A stretch of 64,000 nt of DNA from Lama guanicoe (Eukaryota): the NCBI GenBank assembly GCA_013239625.1, contig MU056243.1, forward strand, positions 3,856,225 through 3,920,224. Reading direction: 5' to 3'. Numbering within the stretch: position 1 is the stretch's first letter; each line of letters starts with the position of its first letter. The notes below the pieces were generated by a model. The model had not been told where the DNA came from. It searched no databases and saw only the letters and a program-made list of their open reading frames with translations. The position numbers and the translations under genes are program-made. Below, one piece after another: positions 37,255-49,449 of the stretch.

Positions 37255-39680
37255 TTCAAAATTCAAGTTCGAGGGAAAAGTTTCTCCCATTTATTTAGCT
37301 CCCATTTATTATCCATCCTTGTGTGTGTTCTTAGTAATCTTTCTTCATCAATTTGGTCTTTCTTATATATATTTCCACTTTCTTGTTAAGAAACAGCTTT
37401 GAATTCCTATTTGGATTACTCTATTTTACCACTTTCTTTAGAAATAGTGGCAATTTGCAAAGAAGAAACAATTGAAGAAAACAGAATTATAAATTGGTGT
37501 CATTTTCCTATTAAAAAAAAACTATCCAGTTATTCTTTGTGGCAACACTATAAATACGAACGTAAATTTATAATCTGAAAGAAGTCCTATCTTCTTATGA
37601 TAACTCAAGTTGGAAAGTCTAGAAGTAGCTCCTTAGTATGAAACTTCTAAAAATGGAATACAAATTATTTCCAACTACTTTCTCATCTGAAGTTCAGTAC
37701 TTTTTAAAAAGAAAATCCCCGTTACCTTTCCCTATTCCCTTTCAGAGAATGCTTCAGGGCTCAACAGAACTCAGTTTCTGATACCTGTGCTCTCACCAGA
37801 AGGGGGCACTGTTGATCGATGCTAACCACCCACCAGCAACTCCTGGGACAGGCAAGCCCTCAGTCTTCCAAGGTTTTAAGACTTCTACCCCCATCTTTTA
37901 GAAGTGCCTTTACTTCTTCCCCAATCCAATGTTTTCTTAGAAATTAATCTCCAAATAATCTACAGTTCTGAGACAAAGTTAAAAGAATTCTGGCTTTACG
38001 AAACAGTCAGAGAAACATTTCAATTAAGGGGGAAAAATAGGAAAATGAGCATTTCAACTTTAATTTTTTTTTTTTAGTTTCAACTTTGAAGAATACTTTA
38101 ATTCTTTTTACTTATAATAAAGTTTATCAAATATCCTATAATCTCTGAGTATGTGCATATTATATTTTACCAATGGTATTGAGTTATTTATTAGAAAATT
38201 ATCAGGGATTGAGTTAACTAGAAGTTGGATGACAAGATCACCTTGCATATGACTGAGTGGATGCACAAGTGAAGCAAGGAAGCACCAAAAAAAGGTTTTA
38301 CAAAAAATGCAGATAAACTTGAGAGATGCATATACTGCTCTGGGGTCTTAACAGAAAAAAAAAATCATAAAACATCGACTTCAATTTAGTCCCAGCGTTT
38401 GGTTAACATCTCGTATCCAAATTAACCACAGTTGTGCAGGTTACGGCTGTTGCCTAAACTTTGTGTATTTAATGTAGAAGGCCACCTCTTGATCCCCTAA
38501 AACCATAAACTTCTTTTCCAACACCAGCGTTAGCTCCACGGCCATGCTATCCATCTGTTGGCCGAACTCTATTGCTGTGTTATACAGCAACTGTGGAGTC
38601 AGGGAAAGACAGAAAGGGAAAAGAGGAAATATCCAATCCGATTTTTTAAAGAAAGTACAAGAGCAAGAATTTTTAAAAAACTGGGTTAACTTTCTAAGTT
38701 TTATTTTAAGAGCCCCAGTCTCAATCAAATGAGAAACATGCTTATACAGGTCACTGACAGAGACCTTCAAGATTAAAACATGAACCAGGTTGGGGATTTC
38801 CTTTTTGCCGCTGAGGAAGCAACACATATACCACGACTTTCCATTAATAGTTACGTCTTTGACAGAACATTTAATTTGAAAAACAGTGATGCAGGAAACC
38901 TTATTAAAGTCAGCTCTATGAAGGACTTCAACATGATGGACAAGAAATGTATCTCACATCACGACAGCGTGTAGTCGGCATAAAATAAATATTTGAAATA
39001 AATCTAGTATGACGCCTCTCCACGTGCCAGTCAAGGAAAGAAAAAAGAAAAAAGAAGAGATAGCCCTAGGGGAAAACAAAATTCTGCAGCTCTTTGTATT
39101 TCTTTTCAAATGAATCGATTTCCTATGGATATGCTCTGTATCCCCACCAACACCACAAAAAGCAATGAACAAACTAGAAGACCTGGATTAACAATAAAAT
39201 CGGTTGAACAAACAAGAAAGCATGTTTAGCCAGGAAAATGGGTGCTTCAGGTTGAATTTCACAAAAGGATAGTGGGCTGTATTTAACTGGTGTGATTTAC
39301 ATGTGGAATAGACCAAAAGTAGAAGGCCAAATTAAATGACCTCTAAAAACCTGTGATTTTAATATTATACAATAAAAGCATGTTCTCTACACATGGTTTA
39401 AAATCCACCTATTATATAGTAAATAAACAGTATGCCAAAATAAGAACTACTAGTAAAGTCATGCACTTAAACCGATTTATTTCCACAATGAAGAAATCAG
39501 TATGGATGAACAGATGGACAGATGGATGCATGGATGGCTAGACCGACAGACAGAAGCTCCAAAATGTCCTAAAGTCAAAAGTACTTCTAAAGGCTAATGA
39601 AAGGATTAACAGGTGAGTCTTGGCTCAGCCCTGAATGAAGTGCTCTTCGCCCAGCAACACCAGGGACTACCGCATGGAGT

Positions 39681-39895
39681 GCCTACCTGAGCAGAGGGGA
39701 GCCGCTGACCCAAAGGAAGAGAAAGAGGAAATCTCTCTACCTGAGGAAAGGGAGGACATTGACCCAAAGGAAGAGGAAGAAGAAATCTCTCCACCTGAGG
39801 AGAGGGAGGACAATGGCTTAAAGGAAGAGGGAGAGGAAATCTCTGCCTGAGGAAAGGGAAGACACTGCTTTGGAGGAGGAAGAGGAGGAACAGGA
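39681..39895 (+). repeat. 4 x 54-nt coding-type tandem repeat (LPEEREDIDPKEEEEEIS-like)
   Basis: cctgag anchors at 39686, 39740, 39794 and 39846 (spacing 54, 54, 52). Confidence 0.9.
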
Positions 39896-39987
39896 TGAGA
39901 CTTTTGAAATGAAGGATGGAGAAGCCTTATCCTTCAAGCCTAAGGAACAGACAGAGACCTTTGAAGCAGTGGAAGAACTAATAAGCA

Positions 39988-40127
39988 TGTTTCCCCCTCC
40001 AAATGTGGTTCCTCCTCCCAATGCAATTTCCCCTCACTCAGTGTTTCCCCCTCCAACAGAACTCACCCCTCACTCTGTGTTTCCCGCTCCAACAGAACTC
40101 ACCCCTCACTCTGTTTCCCCCTCCAAA
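39988..40127 (+). repeat. 36-nt Pro-rich tandem repeat (VFPPPTELTPHS-like) with degenerate flanking units
   Basis: Near-identical units start at 40041 and 40077, with partial units on either side. Confidence 0.88.
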
Positions 40128-40522
40128 TGAATAAAGAGAGTTTTCAATATTTATTTCCTTAAATTTTGTCTCCTCCTCAAACTTTTACTGTAGGAAGGTA
40201 TCTGTTCTGATATGCTCTCTCTTGCTTTGGCTCCTTGTAGCATTTAATAATTTACATTAAAAGCAAGACTAAATTAAAAAAAAAAGGATTAACATTTCAT
40301 ATCTGACGCCTCAAAAAAAATTGCCATTACCATTTAGTGATTAAAAAGTCAACGTAATTAAAGTTTATCCTTAAAAAGCAGCATGGATAATGAGGGCATA
40401 CAGTAATTAACTGCCTTCCTTCCACACGTCCAGGGAATTTCAGCTTGCTCTAGGAACGTGTGTGAGATAAATACGTATGTATATATGAACATGTGGATAA
40501 AGAGAGAAAGGGTATCACTTAC

Positions 40523-40654
40523 CTCNNNNNNNNNNNNNNNNNNNNNNNNNNNNNNNNNNNNNNNNNNNNNNNNNNNNNNNNNNNNNNNNNNNNNNNNNNN
40601 NNNNNNNNNNNNNNNNNNNNNNNNNNNNNNNNNNNNNNNNNNNNNNNNNNNNNN
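40523..40654 (-). CDS. PPFIBP1: PPFIBP1 coding exon 5 (ELLSRTS...RDTE in human), hidden in an N gap; inferred
   Basis: GAG|gtaagt is visible at the left gap edge and a pyrimidine-rich tract at the right edge. The expected 132-nt exon plus its acceptor fits the 132-N gap. Confidence 0.8.
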
Positions 40655-40657
40655 NNN
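40526..40657. other. Assembly gap, 132 N
   Basis: N run. Confidence 1.
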
Positions 40658-40734
40658 TTAGAATTTAAGAGAGACATTCAAAAGTTGTTTTTATTATAAA
40701 CAGCTACACATGGATGTGTCTCACTTATTTCTTG

Positions 40735-40856
40735 TTTGGGGTGGGGGGAGGTAATAAGGTTTATTTATTTATTTTTAGAGGAGGTACTGGGGATTGAACC
40801 CAGCACCTTGTGTGTGCTAAGCACGTGCTCTACCACTTGAGCTATACCCTCCCCCC
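40735..40856 (-). mobile_element. tRNA-derived SINE (vic-1-like) with flanking duplication tggatgtgtctcactta
   Basis: Reverse-complement A/B boxes; direct repeat at ~40711-40727 and ~40859-40875. Confidence 0.88.
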
Positions 40857-41074
40857 ACTGGATGTGTCTCACTTACGACTTACAAAGCAGTAACTATTAA
40901 GTACAGGATGTGCAGATGAACTACCAAATAGATACATGCTTTAGTTAGCCTTCAACTCAGCCGAACTAATGCTCAATAAACAGCTCATGTCTGCTTACTG
41001 GGGAGACACAGATGGGTCCTCACATATATAAACCTTACGTATTCTTAAGCCTGATGAGAATGCGGAGGATGACA

Positions 41075-41290
41075 TTCTGTTTGCCATGTGCCAGGCACTG
41101 TGCCTACACATACTAAGTGGTTCAGTCCTCAGAATAACCTTATGAGACAAACTCACAAGGATAATGTGGGAATTATTACCCTTATTCAACAGACGAGGGA
41201 ACTAAGGAACCCTAAGGCTAAGAACTTGCACAAAGTCACAGAGCAAGGAAACGGCAAAGCAGGGACTCCAGCTAAACAGCCTTGCTCCAG
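41075..41290 (-). mobile_element. MIR SINE
   Basis: acagacgagggaactaagg...aacttgcacaaagtcacagagc. Confidence 0.6.
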
Positions 41291-41693
41291 TGTGTGGTCC
41301 ATGCTGTATTCCAGGGCCTCTTGTGGATGAGAACCCTACGTGCTGCCTACGTATATAACAGATTTTTTCCAATAAAGGTCATATAAGGCACTTAACTTTT
41401 TTCTCAATCATAAAATATACACTCATGGCTGGAAATCAGGGAACCATATCAGAGCATAAAGAAGAAAATTTAAATTATCTACAAGCCTACTCATATTTCA
41501 CTCTAGACTCTAAATGCAACGAGCACTTTCTGTTGTGTTTTGAGACCTGCTACTCTAGATTCTGGCGTAACATATGCCAGTTTAAGTGAATCACAAAATT
41601 TACCACGGCATCGGAGCAAACACGGCATACAAACGCAGCATCTCTCACTGCCCAGCAGGAGGAGCCCGCCTCGGTGCCGGCTCCCGCACGTAC

Positions 41694-41807
41694 CTGCTGC
41701 AGCATCTCTTCCGTGGCGTTCAGCTTCTCTCTGTGCTCTTCGAGGCAAAACTCCAAATCTCGAATCTTCTCCCCCTGAGCCTCTACCTGGTCTGTTAACA
41801 CACTTAC
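41694..41807 (-). CDS. PPFIBP1: PPFIBP1 coding exon 4: VSVLTDQVEAQGEKIRDLEFCLEEHREKLNATEEMLQQ
   Basis: tacag|GTA ... CAG|gtacgt; 114 nt. Confidence 0.96.
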
Positions 41808-42871
41808 CTGTATTTAGAGCAAAATACTGTAAATGGATGAGGAAGAATGTGGGTGCCACTGCAAACGTGGTTTCTCTACATGGAACAGAAACTGGGATGA
41901 TGGCACCACTCACTGGGTTGTAAAGGAAGAAATCTGAGAAGTAATAAGATGTCCTTTGCACTCTTATGTGATACTTATTGGTCTGAAGACTCCTATTTAA
42001 TTTTTAAGAAAGTTAGGGCTGTTTGGGGATGCATTACACTTTACAGGGTAAAACCACTTCAACTGTTTATGAGAAAGAGCATGTACACGAATTATCTTTT
42101 TTGCGGAGTGTGGAGTGGGAGGTAGTATTAGAGACTGAGAGGAAATGGAGTTACTATTTGAAAGAGAAGTTATCAAGGACTTTTCAAGTTTGCCACTTCA
42201 CAAAGAATAAAGAAAAGAACTCAGGGAATCCAAATTCCATGAGATCTTTCATGGAAAGTTGCACAAATGTGGTCAAAAACCCAAGAGGAGCCAATGGTTG
42301 GTCCTTCATCCTCAGTAAGTATGCTTTGGTCCTTTTAGCTCAAAACACCCAAGTGAAAATATGTGTCAAGGATTTAAAACATCATGAAGAAGAAAGCTCA
42401 AATTTAGCCTACAAATAGGACTTCACTACACATTCTGTGGGTTTTTTTTTTAGCCCATGGTATCATTTTTAAAATTGAAAAATTAAATATATATTCAGAT
42501 TCAGAAATACATATTACTTTTTATGGAATCGATATATGAACATATTTATAGAGAGAGTATAAAATCAGAATTCATGCTGTGTATTTTTTAAAAACCTGAT
42601 TATCAGAAGGTCAGGTGACATTGTGCCTGTCACAGGACTGGCCCTTGAAGAGCTGAGGCTGCCTAAGGGTGGCTCACTCTAGACTGGGTATGGACACCCT
42701 TGTTCTGCCACAGTCCCCACCACTCCCTAGTGTGCACAGACAGCCTACAGTGCTTATTTCCATTAGCAGTCCAGCTCCCGTAAGAATCTGAATTTGCCAT
42801 CCCAATTTAAAATGGTCTCTGTAAGTATGTCGTAAGGAAAAAAACCCAGCATTTTAAAAAAAATCACTTGC

Positions 42872-42958
42872 CTGAAGAATGAGAGATTCTTTGTCATTTT
42901 CTAAACGTGCTAGCCTTTCTTGATACACATCTCCGTTCCCGGGTAGGTGTCCATTCGT
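42872..42958 (-). CDS. PPFIBP1: PPFIBP1 coding exon 3: TNGHLPGNGDVYQERLARLENDKESLILQ (GC donor)
   Basis: ttcag|ACG ... CAG|gcaagt; 87 nt. Confidence 0.95.
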
Positions 42959-45900
42959 CTGAAAAAGAAATAACATGGGTATAGGCCAACCCTCTTTAAA
43001 ACGGAACTCCGGTAGGTAAATAAAACGTGCATGTGTTTTTACTCCCAGGAACCTGCACTGAATTCAGCCCAGCCATGTCTGCCACTGACAGGCAATATGA
43101 GTGTGCAACGTGGTTCAGTTACCTGACAACGGGTAAGGCAGGCACATTTGGCATTTAGGTATGTTTTCACCAAAATAAACAACTTCTCATCAAGCAGAAA
43201 ATAACGACCCAGGAGCAACAGTGGCCACTGATAGTCACTGACAGCGGATGCACACCTGGCACCTGCCAAGCTTTGCGAGTGTGTAGTTGGACACAAACCT
43301 GCTATGTACCCCTGAGTGTCACTGATTCTGGGTGGGGACAGGCGGAATGACCTGGGAGGCCCTTCCATTCCTCCTCTCTCCTCCAAAGTCCCAAATCCAG
43401 GGCTGCAAATGCCTGCCTTTAAATGGGAGGCAGCAGGGGCATCTTACCCACCCTGCCCCTTCCTGCTACTCAATCTCCAAATCACAGGACGGATCTTCCC
43501 TTCCTCTCTGAAGCCTTTCTCTTTTCCCACCAATGCTTTAAGCCCTCAATCCGCAACGACTCCCCCTCACAGCAGTGATGAGCCATGCTCCTCAGCGATG
43601 TATCACTTTTGGTCCTGAATTCATTAACGTCTTGTGAGTTTGTCTGCTTATCTACCAGGACGCTGAGCTTCCAGGAAGAGACTGAGAATGGGTGTCACCC
43701 TGCACCCTCCCCCACTGCCGGCCCAGCACCCTGCTTAGACTGCTGCTCACTCTTCCTTCTCCTCCCTTCTGCCCCTCTTTTATCAGACTTGGGTTTCTTT
43801 ACAGATGGTACAAATGCCAAAGGAAGCACAGATTAGGAAAGGAAGTGCAGATTTTTTTTCTCAGCCGTCTTATATACTCAAGTGACTAAGGGAGGCAGTG
43901 AAAAGGCTCACAGAGCAAACAACATAAAAACGTCATTTTGAAATTGAGTGGTATACATGATGTGTCTCGTCTCAATTTAAATAGTTCATAATCACATAAT
44001 ATGTAATCCCAGTAGAATTTCCCAATTCCTCATTCAAATACAACAGAAATGAGAGCCAGTGGAGCCCAAAATGGTCAGACGGGGCCACCCAGAGTTCAAC
44101 CCAGGGAGCAAATCACCGCCTCGGATTTGACACCAGAGAGAAAACACGCTGCACAGCCTCGCCGCCCAGGAGGCATGTGACGTGACAGCGATTATTGTTC
44201 CAGGATGAACTGCTTTTACTATTCCACCTTTCCAATTAAGGCAGTTTCTAGGATAAATTCTGGGAATAACAAAAGTCGTGGGTGGGGAAGGAAACGAAAA
44301 CAAACAAAAACGGAACTTAAACAAAAAAGAAAATTGCAGGATGTTTCTCGTAAAAACGCAGGCATGCTGGATACATTTCCCATGAGGCCACAAAAGACTG
44401 TGAAACTTATTTAGTAAGCACGTGACTGTGTATTCAGGGTGGATAAAATTTGGAACATCAGCTCTTGGGCCACATACCTGTACAATTACCACAGCAGAAT
44501 CCCATCCCTGTTGTAAACTGAAGTGCCCAGAATTAAATCACAAGCATCGGGGGAGTCTGATGGAGTGGCCGGGACGACTTCCATCCCCGAGGACTGCCAC
44601 GGAATCAAAATTTACGTAACTGTTCTTGAGGACAGTTTTTTGGGAAAGCGCCAGGATTGTGTAACGCACGTTCTCAATCTAAGAAAGTGCTGGGACTGGC
44701 CCTGCAGGGTTTAAATTCCTCACTTGATTATGAACATTAAAGGGCATCTGCTTTTAAAACTACGCAAGCGATGCTTGATAAATAGGCACATTTCATTGGG
44801 TAGGAAAAAAAAAAGCTTTCTGCTCAGGGAAGGGCAAAAAGTAAAAGCCCTCTTTCTTCTGCCTGCAGGAAATTACAGCAAGATTAGACGTATTTCATGA
44901 AGCCACTGTTTATGAGATGAAAATAAACTGTCCTAAAACCAGTTCTGAAAAATTATATTCTTAAAAAAATACTAAAAATTGATCACAGTGAGCATGCTCA
45001 CATTTCTCAACACTGTATTGAGATTTACAAGCAATCATAACATTCAGGAGTGGTTTATTTTTAAACACTGAAAGTCACTACGGGAACATAAAGCAGAAGA
45101 CCCACCACTGGAATAGTTACACACTTTTGAAAGCATCGTGCTGACTTAAGTAGGTAAAGATCTATTCATTCCACATGTTCATTTCTGTTTCTGCTAATTG
45201 GGTTACCTCAAAAATGTTAGAAAGAGGTAAATTCCATTAGGCAAATAGCCTACAGCTTCTATTCTTCTCCATCTCCTGGTCTGTATACCAGACCGCCTCA
45301 AACCTCCCCAAACCCAGCACGCTCCCCCACACTAATTCTACTCCTGCAGACTCTGCTTCCTGCCCTTCCCTTCTTGCTCCTCATTCCATAAGGTCCACCT
45401 CGCCTGGGGCTCGGTCCGTACAGTCTTCCTTGAATCACCTGTTCACTCATAAGTCAGTGAGGAAACTTATCCAGAGGAAACTTCATTACAGCAGGCATCA
45501 CACTGAATGGACTAGGCTGGACTTGGCCACGTACATGTCTCTCCCAGTAGACTCTGCATCCGGTGTGATACATTCCCTGTTTCCCTCTGACACACAGTGG
45601 GTGCTGAGTGAAGGAACAATGACAGGTGTTCAGTAACCATCAGATGAATAAAAGAGGAAGGAATGTTTCGTTTGAACCTGGCCTCCTTGCTTCTCAGTAA
45701 GACTTTTTCTCACGATGTTTCCTCTACCACCTGGTGCGCACTCCCTGGTCAACCTCTAGACTAGCCCCTTTCCCCTCAAGCCTGCACTCCCTCTCTCTTC
45801 CTGCCACGTTTAAGAGGTGACCTCAGAGCCTTTTTAAAGGACAATAATTGAGGCCCTCTTGCATGAACTCCTTCATACACTTTCTTCTTCAATGCACAAT

Positions 45901-46539
45901 ATCACATATTGCCTCCCACATCTTCCCTGTCTTTCTTCCTGCCAGTCTCGGGGGGAACTCAATCTTAACTTCTTCCTAAAAGCGTACCATCCCCTGTCTA
46001 CTTATTTCACTTGGGTCCAACACCACAATAAGGCATCTCACGCTCTGCTGTCCAAAGAGTCAAAGAACACGATGCTAATAACATCGGAAATCAAGCCACT
46101 GGGCAGAGGCAGTGCCCTGCTCCCAGTCCTCTCATTTGACGTGGTGTAATTAGGGTGGTGAGGCCATCCATTATCCTTGTGCTGTAAATAATTATTGCAG
46201 GGCAACACTGCTACCATTCTGGGCCATTGGAGCATCCTTCTAACTGGCCAGTGTCCCTATGTCCTACAGCACCTCTGAGTCTGGGTCAGTCTTGCAAACA
46301 GCCCACGTATTTTCCCTCCTAAATATCCACTGCTGTTCAAAAGAGGAAATTTGACGCCAAGGCAACAAGAACAACCTCTTCAAGAAGCCTTCTGTTTATC
46401 CCAAGATCTCATCATCTCTGCTCACTAAGAAACCAAAAGGGAAATAAATCTCAGGTACGTTTCCTTACACCCAAAAAGCCCAATCCTGACCTTCTCCTAG
46501 AAAGACATCAGTTTATTCGGTGTTGTCAGAAAGTGCATC

Positions 46540-46750
46540 ATTAACAACTATACATACAAATAGATAAAAAACAAAGTTCTTCTGTACAGTACAGGAAACT
46601 ATATTCAATATCTTGTAATAACCTTTAATGAAAAAAGAGTATGAAAACGAGTATGTGTATGTATATGTATGACTAGGACATTGTGCTGTGCACCAGAAAT
46701 TGACACATTGTAAATGACTGTACTTCAATTAAACAAGAAAAAAAAAAAGT
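46540..46750 (+). mobile_element. Older L1 3'-end fragment
   Basis: Diverged relative of the same 3'UTR with an A tail. Confidence 0.7.
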
Positions 46751-49094
46751 AAGTGCATCAAAGACTGAAACTCAGAAAAGTATATACTATCCTTTCCAAG
46801 TCAAGATGACAGATGTGGTCAAGATCAGACTCTGGCTTTTGGACTTTGTTTTTCTGGGTTTTCATTTTCTCAGGGCTTGTTTTCCAGAGACAGAAAGCAT
46901 CTTCGTCACTGAACAGCCAAATGGAGCAAAAACAAGTGATCCAGAGCAAGAGAAACCACAGCAGTAGGATGGCCTCTAAGATTCACGTCTCCAAAAATGG
47001 AACGTCACCCGAAATGCTGGTGAGAGCAGCAGACACCATGTGCTTCCATCCGCCAGTCTTCCTAGAAATACTGGGAGGGAGATTCCCTTGGAGTACTGGT
47101 GCCAAATTAAAACATTTATTGCCAAGATACAGTGGCTCTCCTGTTAGACAGCTAACGCATGGCCAGCACCTCCTCACTTGTGCATCCACGGCCAGCACAG
47201 GGCGAGGCAGCAGACTGCTCTAGTGTCTCCTGGAAGGTTCCTTCGACACCTGTCTTGAGCAGGGAAGATGGGCTCCAGCCCCTCTTCGTCTTATCTCCAT
47301 GCACATCACCATGCTCCCCAAAGCTTCTGTGGAGGGGAGAGGGGTGTCTGTTGAGACTGCCGCATTATCCTGGTCACAGGTATCCTCCAACATCCCCTGA
47401 GTTACTGAAGGCCCCTGGAAGCTAAGGCCCAGCTCCTATTCTGAGAGCACCACAATCATTCATTCATTATTTATTCATTAAGTCCAGCTCTGTGACAGGA
47501 TGAGCAAAAGAATCTCTTCCACTTTAGGAAGGGTTTCTTGAGAACAAGAGAAAAACAAATGTCCCTATTTTTCCTACTATTTATTCCTTCTTAACTCACT
47601 TCCATAAAAGAACAGAGAAATCTTTATTCCGTCCCAACGACTCCCGGTAGCCTGGGTTTCCACCGGAAGTGCCCCTCTCGACTGAGAATTCTGCTGACTT
47701 GGTCCATCTGCTTCCCTGTTTCTGTGGACCCTTTACACGGGAGTTTCCCAGAGGCCTGAGGGCAAAACAGGTTGAACTTCAGCCAGGACGTCTCAGTGAG
47801 ACGCAGCCTCACCCAGATACTTATGACCGCATGCAGGGTACAATCTTAAGATGGACCTTGTTTGCCAAGGCTTGAAGAAACATTCCCTGGAGGCACACAT
47901 GAAAAGAGAAGCTGTCAGAGAGCAGCGGGGATCAGGGAGGGGCTGTGTGGCTGAGAGTCAGGGACACGGGGAAAGCAGCCAGCAGCCCCGGAAAGACCGT
48001 GCCCTGTGTCTGAACTCGACATAAATTATGAGCACTGTTATTTTTACAGCAACGTTTCAAAGAGGTCCATGTACCTCATGGGCTATGATGGCAGTTACCA
48101 CTTCCAGGATTTCCATTCACTTTGTTGAAACCAGTATTTTTGTAATTTCTGCCGATTTTGAGATTGCTTCGTAACTAAAACTGCCAAATAATCAGACATT
48201 TTAGGATTTCCTGCCCTGGTCAAGGTCACCATTCCCAGCTTCGACTACTGCAAAAAGCATTGTAAAAATGTTTTAGGGCAGCTCATCAAGTTAGATCTAA
48301 AGTAAACAAAAGCTACTTGCTTGGCTCAAACAGACATATTTTCCAATTTGCCCTCTTAAACTTTGAGCTTGATAAAGAATGTAATTCTCCACTATCAATA
48401 TTTGTATTGACACATGACATATCTCAATAAAAACCGAGAATTATACCTCAGTAATTGAACAAATGTACCATATGCAATAGATTCATCTTTTTTTTTTTTT
48501 AACCACAGGAGATAAACTTTTGAGTCTTAAAAGAAACCTGTTAATTTCTAGAAGGCTACAGGTGTAACTCACCGGATTAAACAGGCTGCTAGTGTTATGA
48601 TTTTCTTTTTTTTAATCCAACTTCCGGTCACATGAAATAACGAAACAGGCAGCAGAAATCAGTAGTGAAGGGATAGCCTACACCCTGTGGGAAACCGGGG
48701 GAATCTTCCTGGCTGGGCAAAATAATAATGAGAACCGCAAATGCCCAGTTGCACTAACGGGAAGATTAGTATCAGCCAGTCTGAAGGACGTGCACCCTCA
48801 AGTCCACCATTAAACACGAATGAGACCTTAATTATGTAACTAGTATCACTGAAAGGTTTTTCTAAAATATTGTGGAAGCTCCTCCATCATCTGAGAAATG
48901 TCTGTACTCTTTTGTCAAAGTGAAGCGAGTATGAATAATTTGCAACGTAGCCCCCCTTGTAACTGGAAGCAAGCCCTTGTTTCCCTCACTGCAAAGGGTT
49001 CTGTTCATTTCTTTCCCTCTACCCTCTACAATCCATTGTCCAACGTTACCTTTTTGACAAACCATCCGCCAGGCTCACTGCTTAGCCCTCAACA

Positions 49095-49300
49095 TACATT
49101 AGCTCCTGGGATCCTCACGACCCTGTGTGGCAGAAACCCTCATCCCCATTTTTACGGATGAGGAAACTGAGACCAACAACTTAACAGAATCTCCCCAATC
49201 CCACAAGCTTCTAAGAGTCAGAGCCAACATTACAGTTCGCGTCTCCAGAGCCGGCATTCGTAACTGCCAAGACACAATCCTGCCTCCGTCAGCATCCACT
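49095..49300 (-). mobile_element. MIR SINE
   Basis: ccccatttttacggatgaggaaactgag. Confidence 0.6.
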
Positions 49301-49449
49301 GCTTTTAACAGCAGGATGTCCTTCATTCATTAGTTTGATGATTTCCCTGTGTACGGCACAACTTGTAGGAGTCTGCATTTCTTCCATTCTAAGATGCCAT
49401 CAAATTTTATCAAATTATTAATTCTAAAATTTTTGTTGGAGTAAAACAC

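Larger units (their letters stand above)
39612..40285 (+). pseudogene. Processed retrocopy of an unrecognised Glu-rich/Pro-rich repeat-protein mRNA, frameshifted
   Basis: TSD aaaggattaaca at 39600-39611 and 40283-40294; ATTAAA at 40256-40261; A10 tail at 40276-40285. ORFs 39635-39850 and 39870-40130 join when a 2-nt deletion is restored. Confidence 0.85.

Noticed and set aside
39681-40127. CRISPR-like or satellite reading of the tandem repeats
   Set aside because: Eukaryotic context, contiguous units without unique spacers, and codon-multiple periods; these are coding-type repeats within a retrocopy.
39635-40130. Intact nested protein-coding gene antisense to PPFIBP1
   Set aside because: A 2-nt deletion creates a TGA at 39848-39850 and no promoter is evident. 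Treated as a pseudogene unless reads show the deletion is an assembly error.
40523-40654. Loss of PPFIBP1 exon 5 or pseudogenisation of the gene
   Set aside because: The missing exon falls in an N gap of matching size with an intact donor, and all visible exons are in frame.
41503-41961. Several overlapping ORFs of 70-152 aa around exon 4 (similarly around exons 2, 18 and 24)
   Set aside because: Shadow or alternate frames of real GC-richer exons, extending into intron.
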